Shown one piece after another: positions 11,413 through 23,705 of a stretch of DNA of 64,000 nt (its first letter is position 1; every line of letters begins with the position of its first letter). The DNA comes from Callorhinchus milii (taxonomy: Eukaryota), in NCBI RefSeq assembly GCF_018977255.1, contig NW_024704742.1:110238001-110302000 (forward strand). The letters are read 5' to 3'. The notes below the pieces were generated by a model. It saw only the letters and a program-made list of their open reading frames with translations. It made no database searches and was not told where the DNA came from. A program made the translations under genes and the position numbers.

Positions 11413-13515
11413 ACCTCAACAAGAGATATACGGCAAATTGGGCCCATGTTGAGGCATTTTAGTGCCAAAAACACTATTAGGATTAACCAAAAACTCTCAT
11501 AATTTCACAAAATTAATTTATTTCAGTTTTTACCAATAACAGTTGATTTGGAGTTTCTTGGTTCAAGACCACGGAATTTAAAGTCAAGGTTTTATTTTAT
11601 TTTCATATACGTTTCAAGATGAATTCTGGGCCAAATGTAACCAAGCAGAAATTATGTGTGCAACCTTGTGAACTTTGGTGTGCAACACAAATGTAATGGG
11701 AAACTTTGATTTCCTGAAAATAAACGTGTCATCCTATCTGATGTTTTCCACTGTTTATCAGAGCAAACAATCTAAACACTCAAACTTTATTATCAATGAA
11801 CTGTTGGAAAGAAAGACAGAGTTTAGGATTAAACCTTGGAAAGCTTTCACAAACTCGGTGTCCTTGAAGCTAATATAAATAACTTTCCTGTGTTGTTTTA
11901 ACCTTTCCGAGCATGTCACTCTGCTGGTCCGTATCCATCTCCTTTTATCGATGTCCGGTTTGGTATCTGTGCAGAGTCATCAATTTCACTAGCTTTTTGG
12001 CAGGGAATGGGAATGTATGGGAAGACTTGCTGGACTTTGTGTGTGGGTGTTAGCCTTCTTCAAGACTAACAATTTCTATCACATACTGAGATTTAGGCTC
12101 CATAAATCTTCTGTGTGACCCAGGTGAACTCCTGGAGCTTGAAGCTCACTAAAAAACTGATCAGACCTATGTTTGGTTTAAAGACTCTGTTCAGTGACAG
12201 GCGAGAAGCTCAGCAAATGCAGAAAACAGATACATATTAGCAGAAAAACTAATGGCTCTTGAAAGAATGTTTGACAACTGTTTAAACCTGTCGAGATCCC
12301 CCTCCTCCCATTAATCTGATAAACGACCAATGTTGTGCAAGCACAAGTGGATGGAAGCTGCACGGCTGAAAGTTTGCTCTCTATTTCATGTTTGTTACAA
12401 TGCAGCACAGATATCTTTTATAATACACCAGATGCTAACGTAAAGCTAAATCTGGCAGGTGCTGGTGCAACCTGAAGTCAATCCTGCAGCTTCATACATT
12501 TTTAAACTATTAGGACTGAATTAATATGATTCTGTAATTGCCCTCTATGACCTGCAATTGACCGCTTGAACTTCGAAGTTAGGGTCAGTTGGGGCCCAGA
12601 AAAGGTCAAAATCTGGTCACAGCACTTCAGCCCCAGAATGGTGAATAAGCGCACTTTATAGCTGTGATTTATGCAATTTGGACAGACAGGTTAAGGAGAC
12701 CTTAAAACATACCACAGTGCCCCCTCCTTTACTAGGTCATAATCTGTCCCGAAAATAAATTGTGATTGTCCTTTCTGAAGCCTCTTGTGGCTATGCCTTG
12801 AAGTGATTTATCGTTCAAATTCAAAGAATATATTCCCAGCATTCGAACACAATTAGATCATTTGCACGAATAAATAGACATCCTGAAACCTCACAGTTCA
12901 AAGCTGATGAAGTAGAAATGTTCAATATCCGTGAATTTCAGTGAATTCCTTTATGAAACAAGAATCTTTGCAATAAAACAGGTTGTTTGATATCATGGTG
13001 AATTAAAATTTGTCTCTGCTCTGCTTTGTCTCCAGCGACTCGCAATTTGCATGCTATTGTATGCAGGAAACAAATGTAATAAAACTATATTTAATCATGC
13101 TTCCTTAGTAACAGAAGAAGGCGTTTTTCAAATTGCTGAATTCAATAAATATAGGATTCCTTAAACATTGAAGAAAGAGAACATTTTTAACCTTTCTTAT
13201 ATTTTATTGATACAGAGTGAAATGTTACTGTAGTCTTCCAGCGATTAATGAGATGGACCAAATGTCCATTGATTTACTTGTCAGACTAAAGCTCCAAAGC
13301 TGTAATACTTAAAGTTTAATACAATACCCATTTTTCAGCAGTCCAAAAATTGTCATATACTGTACCATGTTTGCATGCCTGGGATTCACTGACTTTAACT
13401 TTGAAGTTGACGCATCTCTACTGTGCAGAAGAACCATTTACAAGGAAATGCCATTAAGTAGTCTGACAGTCATAGGCTTTCTAAATCGTTAGTCATACAC
13501 CATGCATGAACTGCT

Positions 13516-13745
13516 TTCACAGAGTCTATAGTGTGATATTCACAGGGTCCATAGTTCAATGTTCACAGGGTCTAAAGTGCAATGTTCACAGGGTCTTTAG
13601 TGTTGTGATCACAGCATCTATAGTGCAGTGTTTATGTGGTCTATCATGCTCTAATCACAGGTCTATCATACAAAGTTCAAGTGTCTATAGAACAGTGTTC
13701 ACAGAATCTATAATGTAATGTTCGCAGAATCTATAAGGTACAGTT
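13516..13745. repeat. Minisatellite, about 10 degenerate copies of a 23-bp unit
   Basis: Consensus ttcacagggtctatagtgcaatg repeated in tandem. Confidence 0.85.
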
Positions 13746-14259
13746 TACGTATTCCAGTGCTGACTTGGACCCCAAGAACATCAGGTGGTTGGTACATCAC
13801 AAGCTGCCTTGAAAAGGTCTTCTCACCACTCTGAAGACAGTTGTCCACCAGGTAACTGATGAGGCTTGGGGTGACTGGCGCTGCGAAGCATTACCTGGAG
13901 TTTTGTGAATACATGTTAATATATACAGTCCCTAGAATTTACCTGGATTGACTTGCAGAAAGGTAAGCAGCTGCTGCTTCAGCTCTGCACCTCCAACTGG
14001 TGGAACCATTGCTCAACGGGAAGGGATGTATGCTTAAGCTGCAGACAGGAAGATAGTGGCAATGCTATCACACATTCCAGGCTAAGCTATGTTATGCAAC
14101 AGGAAACTCACAGGGAGGTCCTGCTACCTATCATCCACCTAGTGAGGGCTCAAACCTGTGCTTCTTGGATGTTAAAAATGACCAACTGGTGACTGTCCTC
14201 CTGTGTGTGTGTGGGGGCGGGGGGGGGGGGGGGGGGTGAAGAAAGCAGGGTATCCTCAG

Positions 14260-14840
14260 TGCTGAACTGGCTCCAAGGTGAGATATTTGGCAACAGGATT
14301 TCAGAATCAAGTCTTTATTGTGACGGCCTCAGTAGTCTAGTTCTTGAGCCAGGCGAGTCCACTGTATTCCAGGGCACTACTGACGACAGCAAAGACAGGC
14401 TGGCTCATCGGCAGGACTTGGAAAGGCAGACCAGTCACTTGGGGCAGAGACTCTTCCCACTCAGCTCCCATTAAACCTGTAAGCCAAACGCCTAATGGGT
14501 ATTCTGGTCCTAGCTGGACAAACAGTGTGCTAAGCTTGCCAGACAGTCCTGTCAATGGCAAGCTCTGTAGTTTTAGCTGGTTAGACTCCAGCTAGACTCC
14601 TAATGCACACTCTGGGGTCCCCAAGCCTTGGCTCTTGCCAACCTGCCGCTAATAATTTCCAGAATTAGGTTAGCAGAATGTGTCCCTTCAGTGAGAGAGT
14701 GCGTATTCCATTCCAACAATCTATTGCTGGGATTTCCATATGTAATTGGGATACATGGAATTCTCGGTTTGGTTTGGATATTTGTAAGCATGGTGATGGA
14801 TTTCTGCATGTGTCAGACATACGGCTAACCAAACAACAAG
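14260..14840 (+). repeat. Unclassified interspersed repeat (family X), longest copy
   Basis: Homologous to 45505-45730 and 46972-47452 (e.g. ggggtccccaagccttggctcttgccaacctg and ggtttggata...catggtgatgg). Ends in an A-rich tail. Confidence 0.8.
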
Positions 14841-15204
14841 GACCAGTGATGTTAGTAATTGCTGGAAATTACTGGAAATAATTTATTGTACTTAGGTAAA
14901 ACCATTTTCTAGTAAACTAGAGTAAACATAGATTTTTACATAATATGTTTGAAGAGGAAGTGCAACATTCTTCTTAAAGATGTTCTGCACCATAACCTTC
15001 ATTGCACACTTTTGCTTTATAGTATTGCAATTAAATTCTTGACTGACCAAATATTGGAATAATAATGTGACCTGTGACTCAGATATTTACAATAACAGCT
15101 GGTTGTAAATATTTATATTATAGCATACTCTAATTTTTCTGAATAATGACACCAGGTCATCAGTACTCTGAGATTGTCTTACATTCTTAACATAGAGTTC
15201 TTGT

Positions 15205-15625
15205 CTGTCCCACATTGGGAATTTGAACTCACAGGCTGACACTTGAGTATAGTTTTGGGGGAGCACTGCATTATTGGAGGTGCCGTCCTTTGGATGAAAC
15301 ATTAAACCGAGGTCTTGTCTGCCTGTTCAGGTGGACGTCAAGGATGTTACGGCATTATTCAAAAAGAGAAGAGAGTTACTTCCGGGTGCTGGTGAACAAT
15401 CCTTCAATAAAATTGATCATTCACTTCATGGCTTCCTGCTTTGTGGGACATTGCTGTGTGCAAATTGGCTGCTGGCACATTCATCTACAAAATCTACAGT
15501 CATTACATTTCACAATACTTGTTTTGACATTTCACAGTCATTTTTACATTTTCACATCTCATAAAGTCCTGGAGATATCCTTACAAAAGGAAATGCACTA
15601 TATCAAATGAAAGGATTATTAGTTA
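15205..15625 (+). mobile_element. DeuSINE (SacSINE1/AmnSINE1-like)
   Basis: gggagcactgcattattggaggtgccgtcctttggatgaaacattaaaccgaggtcttgtctgcctgttcaggtggacgt...ttgtgggacattgctgtgtgcaaattggctgc matches the recalled Deu domain. Confidence 0.75.
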
Positions 15626-15772
15626 TTAAACATTGCATTACCATCACTGCGTTTTGGCATTTGGTTTGCAACTGCATTAATGTTGATGGGTTCTGCCGTT
15701 CAGCTACAATCACAATCGCCAGATTTGGACTGATTGTCCATTGCATCAGCTGGATTTAACCATTGAGATTTA

Positions 15773-15850
15773 TACGTCCATCTCCAGGGCTAGTCACTCA
15801 GGTTTGTATGTCCATCTCCAGGGTTAGTCACTCAGGTTTGTATCTCCATC
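15773..15850. repeat. 34-bp tandem duplication (2.3 copies)
   Basis: ta(c/t)gtccatctccaggg(c/t)tagtcactcaggtttg x2, plus a partial third copy. Confidence 0.9.
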
Positions 15851-16899
15851 ATGAGTGCTTGCTGTTGTCACTTGGGGTTGTTTGTCTTGTGACATTTTGT
15901 ATCCTATTGTGATTAGCAAATGATTTAAAGCCTTCAATATGCAATATTCTTGTACTATTAATTACCTTTCAGATGTTCCTTCTATTATTCTTACTTAACT
16001 GTATTACAATAAAGGAGTACAACGAGGATTGTGAGTCTCCAACTAAACTGAGACAGTAGAATAGTTATTTAAGCCTCTTTCCAGATATTTTATAATGTAT
16101 CATTTATATTTAGCTTCTTCTATGTGAATTTGAGATCTCACATGCGTGTAGTGTTTACAAATTATGCTGACAGGTTTCCTGGGCTGAGTTTCTTTGTGCA
16201 GACAAGTAAACCAATTATTATTTATTATTTTAACTTCTTTACCAATTCATTGCATTAATGCAAATAACCTCTTATTATAGCACCATGGGGTCTGGTTAGT
16301 ATGCAATTGGTTGGATTTATGCTTTGCTTGTAATTTGTCATTCCCACATTTTTAATGAATAGTCTCTGTTTCACTCACATATTAGTGTCACACAGATGTG
16401 AAGTTCTTTTGATACCACAAATGAAACAAGGTAGCATTGCAAACAGGAATATAGGTTAATGCCATGCAGGACGTTCAAATCCAAGGATAGGCTTCAGCAA
16501 AGCTATTTTACAAATCCTAAAGAACTGAATGTTGATGTGTAATGTTTATGTATATTCAGTATTTATACTCCTATCAATAAAATGTAATGCAATCCTTCCT
16601 GAAATAGGTTTCTCTGCTTTCATTATTGTTCCTGTTACTAAACCGATCACTTTACTAATAATACTATAATCCAATTTGTTACATCCAAAGTAATTATTTA
16701 ACATTCACAGTATTGGATTCAATAGATGATTTTAATTAAGTGCAGCAAGCACACACTTATCACATTTCTCTGAGTTGTTTAACAAAATAAATATTTAAGT
16801 ACATGTAGCCATGTACACAGCAAGCAGCAATGGTCCAGGAGGAAAATAAATGTTGTGCCAATCTTAGTAAAGTTTCCTTCCATACTTTACCACTGCAAG

Positions 16900-17295
16900 G
16901 TACAACAACAACTTTATAGTGTGTCCTTCGTGTGGGGTAGCACCTCAGAGCACTGAACAATGACAAAATGGCATAGTTTGATGCCGACTCAGGGATAAAG
17001 GCATGGTTGAAGAAGAAAGTCTTTAGATGTGATGTGAAGATGGACAAAGATGGGGCAAGTAGGAGGAATCAAGGCAGGGAGTTCCAGAGGTTTGGGGTGG
17101 TGGCTAAAAGCTTGGCTGATGACGGCGGGGGAGGGGGGGTGGAGGGATAGTGGAGTAATGTGTGAGCGGGTTGGAGAGGTAGGAAAGTGCTAGGCCATGA
17201 AATGATTTGTAGGTGATTGTGAGGATCTTGAAATCAATTTGCTCTGTGACAGGAAGCCAATGGAACCTGGTATGGAGTGGGGTGATGCGGGAGCG
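16900..17295 (-). mobile_element. L2 LINE 3' fragment, decayed
   Basis: Translates to ITPLHTRFHWLPVTEQIDFKILTITYK, matching the L2 ORF2 C-terminus at 57484-59229. (CAA)n tail. Confidence 0.85.
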
Positions 17296-17694
17296 GAAAT
17301 GTAAATATTGTGCCACATGTTGTACAATACAACATGGACTGATTGCCAATTATAATGTGAAAGAATGGAGTCCTCAACAATTGTTGAATATAAAAGAGAC
17401 TAAAAACAAATTTGAGTATTTTATTGTGATATTTAAGAATGTGAAAGTCGCCCATATTCAAATTCTGAATGAGCATAAACAGAGCTATTCGCTGTGACCC
17501 CGAATGGCTTATCATCCAGTTTCAGAGGATGGGTTGGGCTGGTGTTGTCACATTCTTTATTGCAAAACAAAGCAAAAATTAATGAGATGAAGCTATGTAA
17601 TAGGAGTGGCCACAGAATAGTTAGAGCAAGGGAATGGTACACCCCACCACCCCACACCCCCATTACACTTATGGAGTGCGTTGGCTCATGGTAT

Positions 17695-18248
17695 ACAACA
17701 ATAAAATGACATTTGTAAAGCGCCTTTCATGTTGGGAGCACGTCCCAAGGTGCTGAACAGTCAGGAATTAGGACCCGAGCGTGTGGTGCAGTGTTGGGAT
17801 GAGGGAGGGCAGAGGGGGTAGGAGGGTGGCTGAAGGCACTGTCAAAAAGGAGGATCCTGAGTCGTGCTTTGAAGGAGACAAAGGAGGGAGCAAGGCAAAG
17901 GGATTGTGGGATGGAGTTCCAAAAAGTGGGGCAGAGAGACTGAAAGCATGGCCACTGATGGCAGGGCAGGTCAGGCAGGAGACCTGGAGGAGGCCGGAGC
18001 CTGCTAAATGGTTGGAGCGGACTGGTTGATAGGGGGTCAGCAGGTCAGAGATGTAGGAGGGGGAGAGGCCTTGGAGAGTCTTGAAAATGAGGACAAGGAT
18101 TTTGAATTCTATCCTCTGAGGGATGGGGAGCCAGTGGAGCCGGGCGAGGGTGGGGGTGATGGGGTCACGGAGCCTGGTGTGGGAGAGGACACGAGCTGTA
18201 GAGTTCTGATCTGCAGCTTGTGGAGGGAAGAGTTGGAGAGGCCGACAA
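17695..18248 (-). mobile_element. L2 LINE 3' fragment
   Basis: [40 protein letters not shown], plus an L2 3' tail. Confidence 0.9.
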
Positions 18249-19039
18249 GGCATACATGTACAACACATGTGAATTAATGTTTGTAGCATTTTCTATGCCC
18301 GGATATCATTGGTGACCTGACAAGCCGTTAGGTATTTTTCAGAGCAGGAGATTGACTAATCAGCATTAGAAGTCGGGTGTAACGTCCTTCCAAAAAAGCA
18401 CACACGAATTCATAGACCAGCAGTCACTGGCAGGGCAGGGCTGAGGTCTCAGGGATCGGGACCAACAGGTAGAGGTAGGTAGATTGAGGTCTCGGTGATC
18501 AAGTGGTGAGTGGAGGCCATTACTGGGCTCAGGCGGAGCCACCATTTCACACTTTCATGCCCAAACCCCCGCGTAACGTCACTTCCATCCGTCAGGTATG
18601 AATTCCTGGAATGAAGTGCAGTGTCTCGCTCCCCTCCTCTGTCTTTTCCTTACAGGCTGCTCGGTGTTATCTTCCAGGTTGGGCAACCTGGTGGATAACA
18701 CAATGAGTGCTCTCCTGCTTTCCCTTCTCTGCACCACCTCTAACCCCTGCAGTCTTCATGCCTGTGGGCTGACCATGCCCCACTAACCATCTGCCTCAAG
18801 TCTCGGCAAGCGCATCTCGGCTGCTGCCCCCGACCCAAACTGCTTTTTCCCAAAAATACTCCCTGCCCTGTAACTCTCCCACTCTGTCCTCTCTCTTCAT
18901 CCTCCTCACCTCCTATCCCCACTTGACCATCTCACAGCCTCCCTTGCTCAGCTGGGGAATCCTCCATCGAGCTCACTGGGCACTTGCTGTTGGCTATCCA
19001 GTAGCAGCCACACTGACTGTCCCATTCCCCACTATCACT

Positions 19040-20815
19040 GCAAACCTGCCAGACCCAAACCCCGGTCCTCTCCCACACCAGGCTCGGTGACCCCCATCAC
19101 TCCCACACTCACCCGGCTCCACTGGCTCCTCATCCCTCAGAGGATCAAATTCAAAATTCTCGTCCTCACCTTCAAAATTCTCGTCCTCACCTTCACCTTT
19201 ATATGGACTTTCAAAAGGCATTTGACAAAGTGCCACATGAAAGACTTGTAAGAAAGATAGAAGCCCATGGTATAAAAGGAACAGTGGCAGCATGGATCCA
19301 GAACTGGCTGCGAGACAGAAAGCAGAGAGCTGTGGTGAATGGCTGCTTTTCTGACTGAAGGGAAGTGTACAGTGGCGTCCCCCAGGAATCGGTATGAGGA
19401 CCACTGCTCTTCTTAATATGCATAAATGATCTGGACTTGGGTATAGCAAATACCATTTCCAAATTTGCAGACGACACAAAGTTAGGTGGGGTGGTAAACA
19501 ATGGGAAGGATAGGAGCCAACTGTAGGAAGGCATAGACAGAATGGTAAAATGGGCAGACACATGACAGATGAATTTCAATGTGGAGAAATGCGAGGTAAT
19601 GCATTTTGGTAGAAAGAATGAGAGGAGGCAATATAGGCTGGTAATACAATCTTAAGGGGGGGGAAAGAACAGAGAGACCTGGGTGTTCAGGTAAATGAAT
19701 CCTTGAAGGTGGCAGGACAGGTAGATAAAGCTGTAAAAAGGACATATGGGATACTAGGCTTTATAAATAGGGGCATAGAGTACAAGAGTCAGGAGGTTAT
19801 GATTAACCTATATAAAACACTGGTTAGGCCTCAGTTAGAATACTGCACCCAGTTCTGGGCACCACACTATAGGAAGGATGTTAAGGCATTGTAAAGGGTG
19901 CAGAGGAGATTTACAAGAACGGTACCAGGAATGAGGGACCTTGATTATGAGGAAAGGCTAGAGAGGCTGGGACTATTCTCATTGGAGCCGAGAAGGTTAC
20001 GAGGAGATCTAATAGAGGTCTTCAAAATCATGAGAGGATTTGATAGGTTAGAAAGGGAAAAACTGTTTCCACTGGTGGGTGTGTCGGTTACTCGAGGTCA
20101 CAGATTTAAAATAGTCTCTAAAAGAAGCAGAGGGGAGGTGAGAAGAAAGTTTTTCACGCAGCGAGTTGTTCGAATCTGGAACGCATTGCCTGAAAGGGTG
20201 GTCAAGGGTGGTTCAATAACAACTTTTAAAAACACGGTGAACGGGTATTTGAGGAGGACGGGTCTCCAGGGTTATGGGGAAAGGGCTGGGGAGTGGGATT
20301 GACATTACATTGCTCTTTTCAAAGATCCGGCACAGACTTGATGGGCCGAATGGCCTCTTTTTGTGCTGTATGATTCTATGATTCTATGATCTATGAGTCT
20401 ATGATTCAAGGCCCTCCACGGCCTTGCCCCCTCCTACCTCTCCGGCCTGCTAATCCCTTATCAACTTGTCCATTCCCTCTGCTCAGCAAGCTCCAGCCTG
20501 CTCCATGTCCCCCGCCCGGGCCGCCCCACTATCGGCGGTTCAGCCTTCAGGCTCCCTGCCCGCATACCCTGGAACTCCATCCCGCATTCTTTTTGCCTTC
20601 CTTCAAGGCATGCCTCAAGACCCTTATCTTCAACCGTACCTTTGGCCACCCTCCTACCCTCTCTGCCTCCACCCTCCATCCTCCACTCTCCATCCTCCAC
20701 CCTCCCTGATCTCAACTGCCCCTGGCTCGGGTCCTGATCCCTGACTTTTCAGTGCCTTGGGTCGTCCTCCCAAAGTGAAAGGCGCTTTACAAAAGTAATT
20801 TGGTATTGTATTGTA
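19040..20815 (+). mobile_element. L2 LINE 3' fragment interrupted by a CR1
   Basis: gtcctctcccacaccaggctcggtgacccc...ttcaaaattctcgtcctcacc resumes at about 20408 with caaggccctccacggcc. Ends gtgaaaggcgctttacaaaagtaatttggtattgtattg. Confidence 0.85.
19199..20407 (+). mobile_element. CR1 LINE, 5'-truncated with a disrupted RT ORF
   Basis: YMDFQKAFDKVPH, SKFADDTKLGG, LYKTLVRPQLEYCTQFWAPHY and LRGDLIEVFKI motifs, with stops and frameshifts. The 3' end has tgggccgaatggcctc and (attctatg)n tail repeats. Confidence 0.95.
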
Positions 20816-21090
20816 TAGTCCACTTATGCTATAGTCAGGGTGCCTTATAACTTGGCCAACCTGTAACTGTTTATGATAAGACCATTCAGCTATTAAAACA
20901 GAATTGAATACCTATTTGAAGCAAAATAAAAGGTTATGTGTTGTGAATAGGGAATTGAGATGGCAATGGAGGAGTGAGCATCAGTATAGATTCTATAGAC
21001 TGAGTCACCTTTTTCTGTCCAATGGGAGAACAAGCCATCATATTCTCTGTTATGTATTATATGTGTGAAAACCAACACTTATTAACATAT

Positions 21091-21186
21091 AAAAACAGAG
21101 AGAGCTGGGAAACCTCAGCAGGTCAGGCAGCATCTATGGAGAAAGGAAGGTGAGTCGACGTTTTGGGTCCACGACCCTTCGTCAGA
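21091..21186 (-). mobile_element. Penelope-like element terminal fragment with hammerhead motif
   Basis: Perfect 14-bp TSD acttattaacatat (21077-21090 / 21187-21200). Homologous to 4680-4775. Confidence 0.8.
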
Positions 21187-21189
21187 ACT
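21151..21189 (-). ncRNA. Minimal type I hammerhead ribozyme fold (core mutated GAAA to AAAA)
   Basis: Minus strand reads (a)gtt CTGACGA a gggtc-gtg-gaccc AAAAC GTC gactca. Confidence 0.6.
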
Positions 21190-21691
21190 TATTAACATAT
21201 TGTATGTGTAAGGCATATGGTATATGAACAAATAACCATTGAGGGTCAAAAGCTCAGTTCTAGCTCATGTTGGCAAACTACACCTGAGTTAAGAATCTAT
21301 GAATAGTCCATCACTGCAGTTTTTTCACGATAAAAATTATATAGTTTCATCTTTCTCTTTTTAATTGCAGATGAACTACACAGGAAGAGATAATAAGGAG
21401 GGGGAGGCAATGCTGAGTCTTCAAAGAATATATTATAAAGGTGCTTAATAGTGCTTTGGATGTCATATATTCTGTATTTTAATGAGAATTTGTGCACTGT
21501 TATCTTATGATTTACAACCTATAGCTTTAAGGGATTAAGCTAATTTGCATACTTTTGCATTTTGGATCCAGTGTAAAAATATTAGCTAAATCGCTTGTTG
21601 TAGCATAAATTATGACACTTTTTTTGAATAGTTTTTGGCATCTTACCATTATGTAAATAGTTATGTTTTAATGCTGAATTTTGAGCAGTTA

Positions 21692-21830
21692 TAAAACAAC
21701 CCTTGTATTTGATATAGTGCCTTTCACATCGGGAGGGTGTCTCAAAGTGCTTCACAGGATTTACTGTGAAGTGTAGGGTCAGTATATTTGTAGTCGAACA
21801 CAGGAGCCAATTAGTGCATAGCAATGAATA
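21692..21830 (-). mobile_element. SINE 3' tail fragment
   Basis: ccttgtatttgatatagtgcctttcacatcgggagggtgtctcaaagtgcttcacagg is the reverse complement of the shared SINE tail. Confidence 0.7.
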
Positions 21831-22044
21831 CTAGCAATTGTTTTAGTAACCCTGCAGAGATGAGAGTTTCTTCCTATATCTTAGTCAACATCCCCCCAGA
21901 TTATAGCTGTTTGTGAGACCTTGTTGGACCAAATTGCTGCTGTGCTTACCTACAAAAAGCAATCACTACACCTGCCAATAATTTCTATAAAAATGTAAAG
22001 TGCTATAAAAATGGAAAATTGTTTTTCCTTTCTAAAAAGAGGGG

Positions 22045-22520
22045 TAACCTCCATTGTCCCCTTCCTGCTTGTTGGCCTTCCCAACTCCTCCCTCCACAGG
22101 CTGCAGATAATCCAGAACTCTGCAGCTCGTGTCCTCTCCCGCACCAAACTCCGTGACCCCATCTCACCCATTCTCGCCCAACTCCATTGGCTCCCTATCC
22201 TTTAGAGGATCCAGTTCAAGATCCTGCTCCTCACCAACAAAGCCCTCCATGGCCTCGCCCCACCCTACCTCTGCGACCTCCTAAACCCTACCAACCCGCC
22301 AGCTCCCTCTGCTGAGCCGGCTACGGCCTGCTCCACGTCCCCCGAGCCACCCGCCCCACCATTGGCAGGAGAGCCTTTAGTAATTCTGCCCCCAACCTCT
22401 GGAATTCCATTCCCCAATCACTCTGCCTCGACCCCCTCCTTAGCCTCCTTCAAGTCTCGCCTCAAAACGGGCGAAAGGCACTATACAACTGTAATCTTGT
22501 TGTTGTTGTTATTGTTGTTA
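22045..22520 (+). mobile_element. L2 LINE 3' fragment
   Basis: [45 protein letters not shown] and a (TTG)n tail. Confidence 0.9.
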
Positions 22521-22734
22521 ATGGTCATACCAACAGGCAGTAGAACTGAATCCGGCTTACACTGCTTACAAATGATGTAACTAGTAAAATGTTATCTTGA
22601 CCTTGTCATTACAGGATGGACATAGGAATGCACAGCAGTGGTAAAGACTACTTGTCTGTTCGCTTTTGCACCCAGTGCACACTCCTACCATGAACACAGA
22701 CTCATAATCCGATCCATTCATTTCTGATTGTTCT

Positions 22735-22940
22735 GATTGAAATTTGGCTTTAACATCTGATTTTTGGAAAACTCAGTCTAAATTCAGTCTAAATTTGGAA
22801 GCTGATTCCTTTACAAAAATTTCAGAACAACGGATTCCAAGTTACAAATGATTTGAAGAATTTTCCAAAATACTGAGCGATCTTAAATTTTAAGGCAAAA
22901 TAATCTCATAGGCAAAGCTTAGGCAGAATGTTGGACCTCA
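22735..22940. mobile_element. MITE family M1 relic
   Basis: aaattcagtctaaatttggaagctga and gatcttaaattttaaggcaaaa are shared with 5960-6080 and 3560-3585. Confidence 0.45.
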
Positions 22941-23079
22941 GTTGTTTTACATGATTCATCCAAGACTAGACTAAGGAATATAGAAATGTACAGATCTAGA
23001 AAATAACATTTGCCAAGTCACAAGGTAAATAAAAACATACTTGTGTGTATGTGGGTGTATATATGGTATTCACCAATGG

Positions 23080-23320
23080 GGTGTGTCAACTTGGCTCAGC
23101 TGGTAGCGCTCTTGCCTTGGAATAAAATTGGATACTGACTCCATGGCTGTGTGTGTGACATTGGTGTGCGTAATTTGGCTGCATGTTCACCTACAAAATA
23201 CACACAGTCACATCACTTATTATATGTCCCATGCAGTGTTTTGAGACATCTCGATGATGTGATATGGAACTGTATCAAATGCAAGGATTATTATTGTTTT
23301 ATTATTATTATTATTGTTAT
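23080..23320 (+). mobile_element. Internally deleted DeuSINE
   Basis: Head ttggctcagctggtagcgctcttgcct joined to the Deu 3' part and an atcaaatgcaagga(tta)n tail. Confidence 0.65.
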
Positions 23321-23705
23321 ATGGGGGGAAGATGTGGAATCCGACCAATTTAAAAGCTTCTTTCATAGACAATACACATTTCAGGGCTCATGCATTATAT
23401 TTATGTGTGCCTTAAAACAAAGTGGGAATTTTTTCTTAAAGTTTTATACGGATTTCTGAACCAAAAAGCAAAAAAAAATTTCAAAGTAATTGACGAATAA
23501 TCTATGTGAATGACCTCTCACGGCTATCACAATTTTAACAGCATCCATAATTTCAATGGAATCACAAACTTGATGATTACCTTCAGTTTATGCACTAGAT
23601 GAATGTTAGGATACAATAAAAATGGCCTTGAACCACAATACAATCAGCACTTTAGGGAGATAAAATGTTTTATGTTGAGCTCGACATGTTCTTAAAAAAC
23701 ACTTG

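Noticed and set aside
13848..13898. SECIS or C/D snoRNA interpretation of the TGATGA stem
   Set aside because: Helix II is too short and has no apical AA for a SECIS, and there is no terminal D box (CTGA) for a snoRNA.
18994..19563. 189-aa minus-strand ORF
   Set aside because: It is antisense to CR1 and L2 fragments and crosses their junction, so it is a chance ORF.
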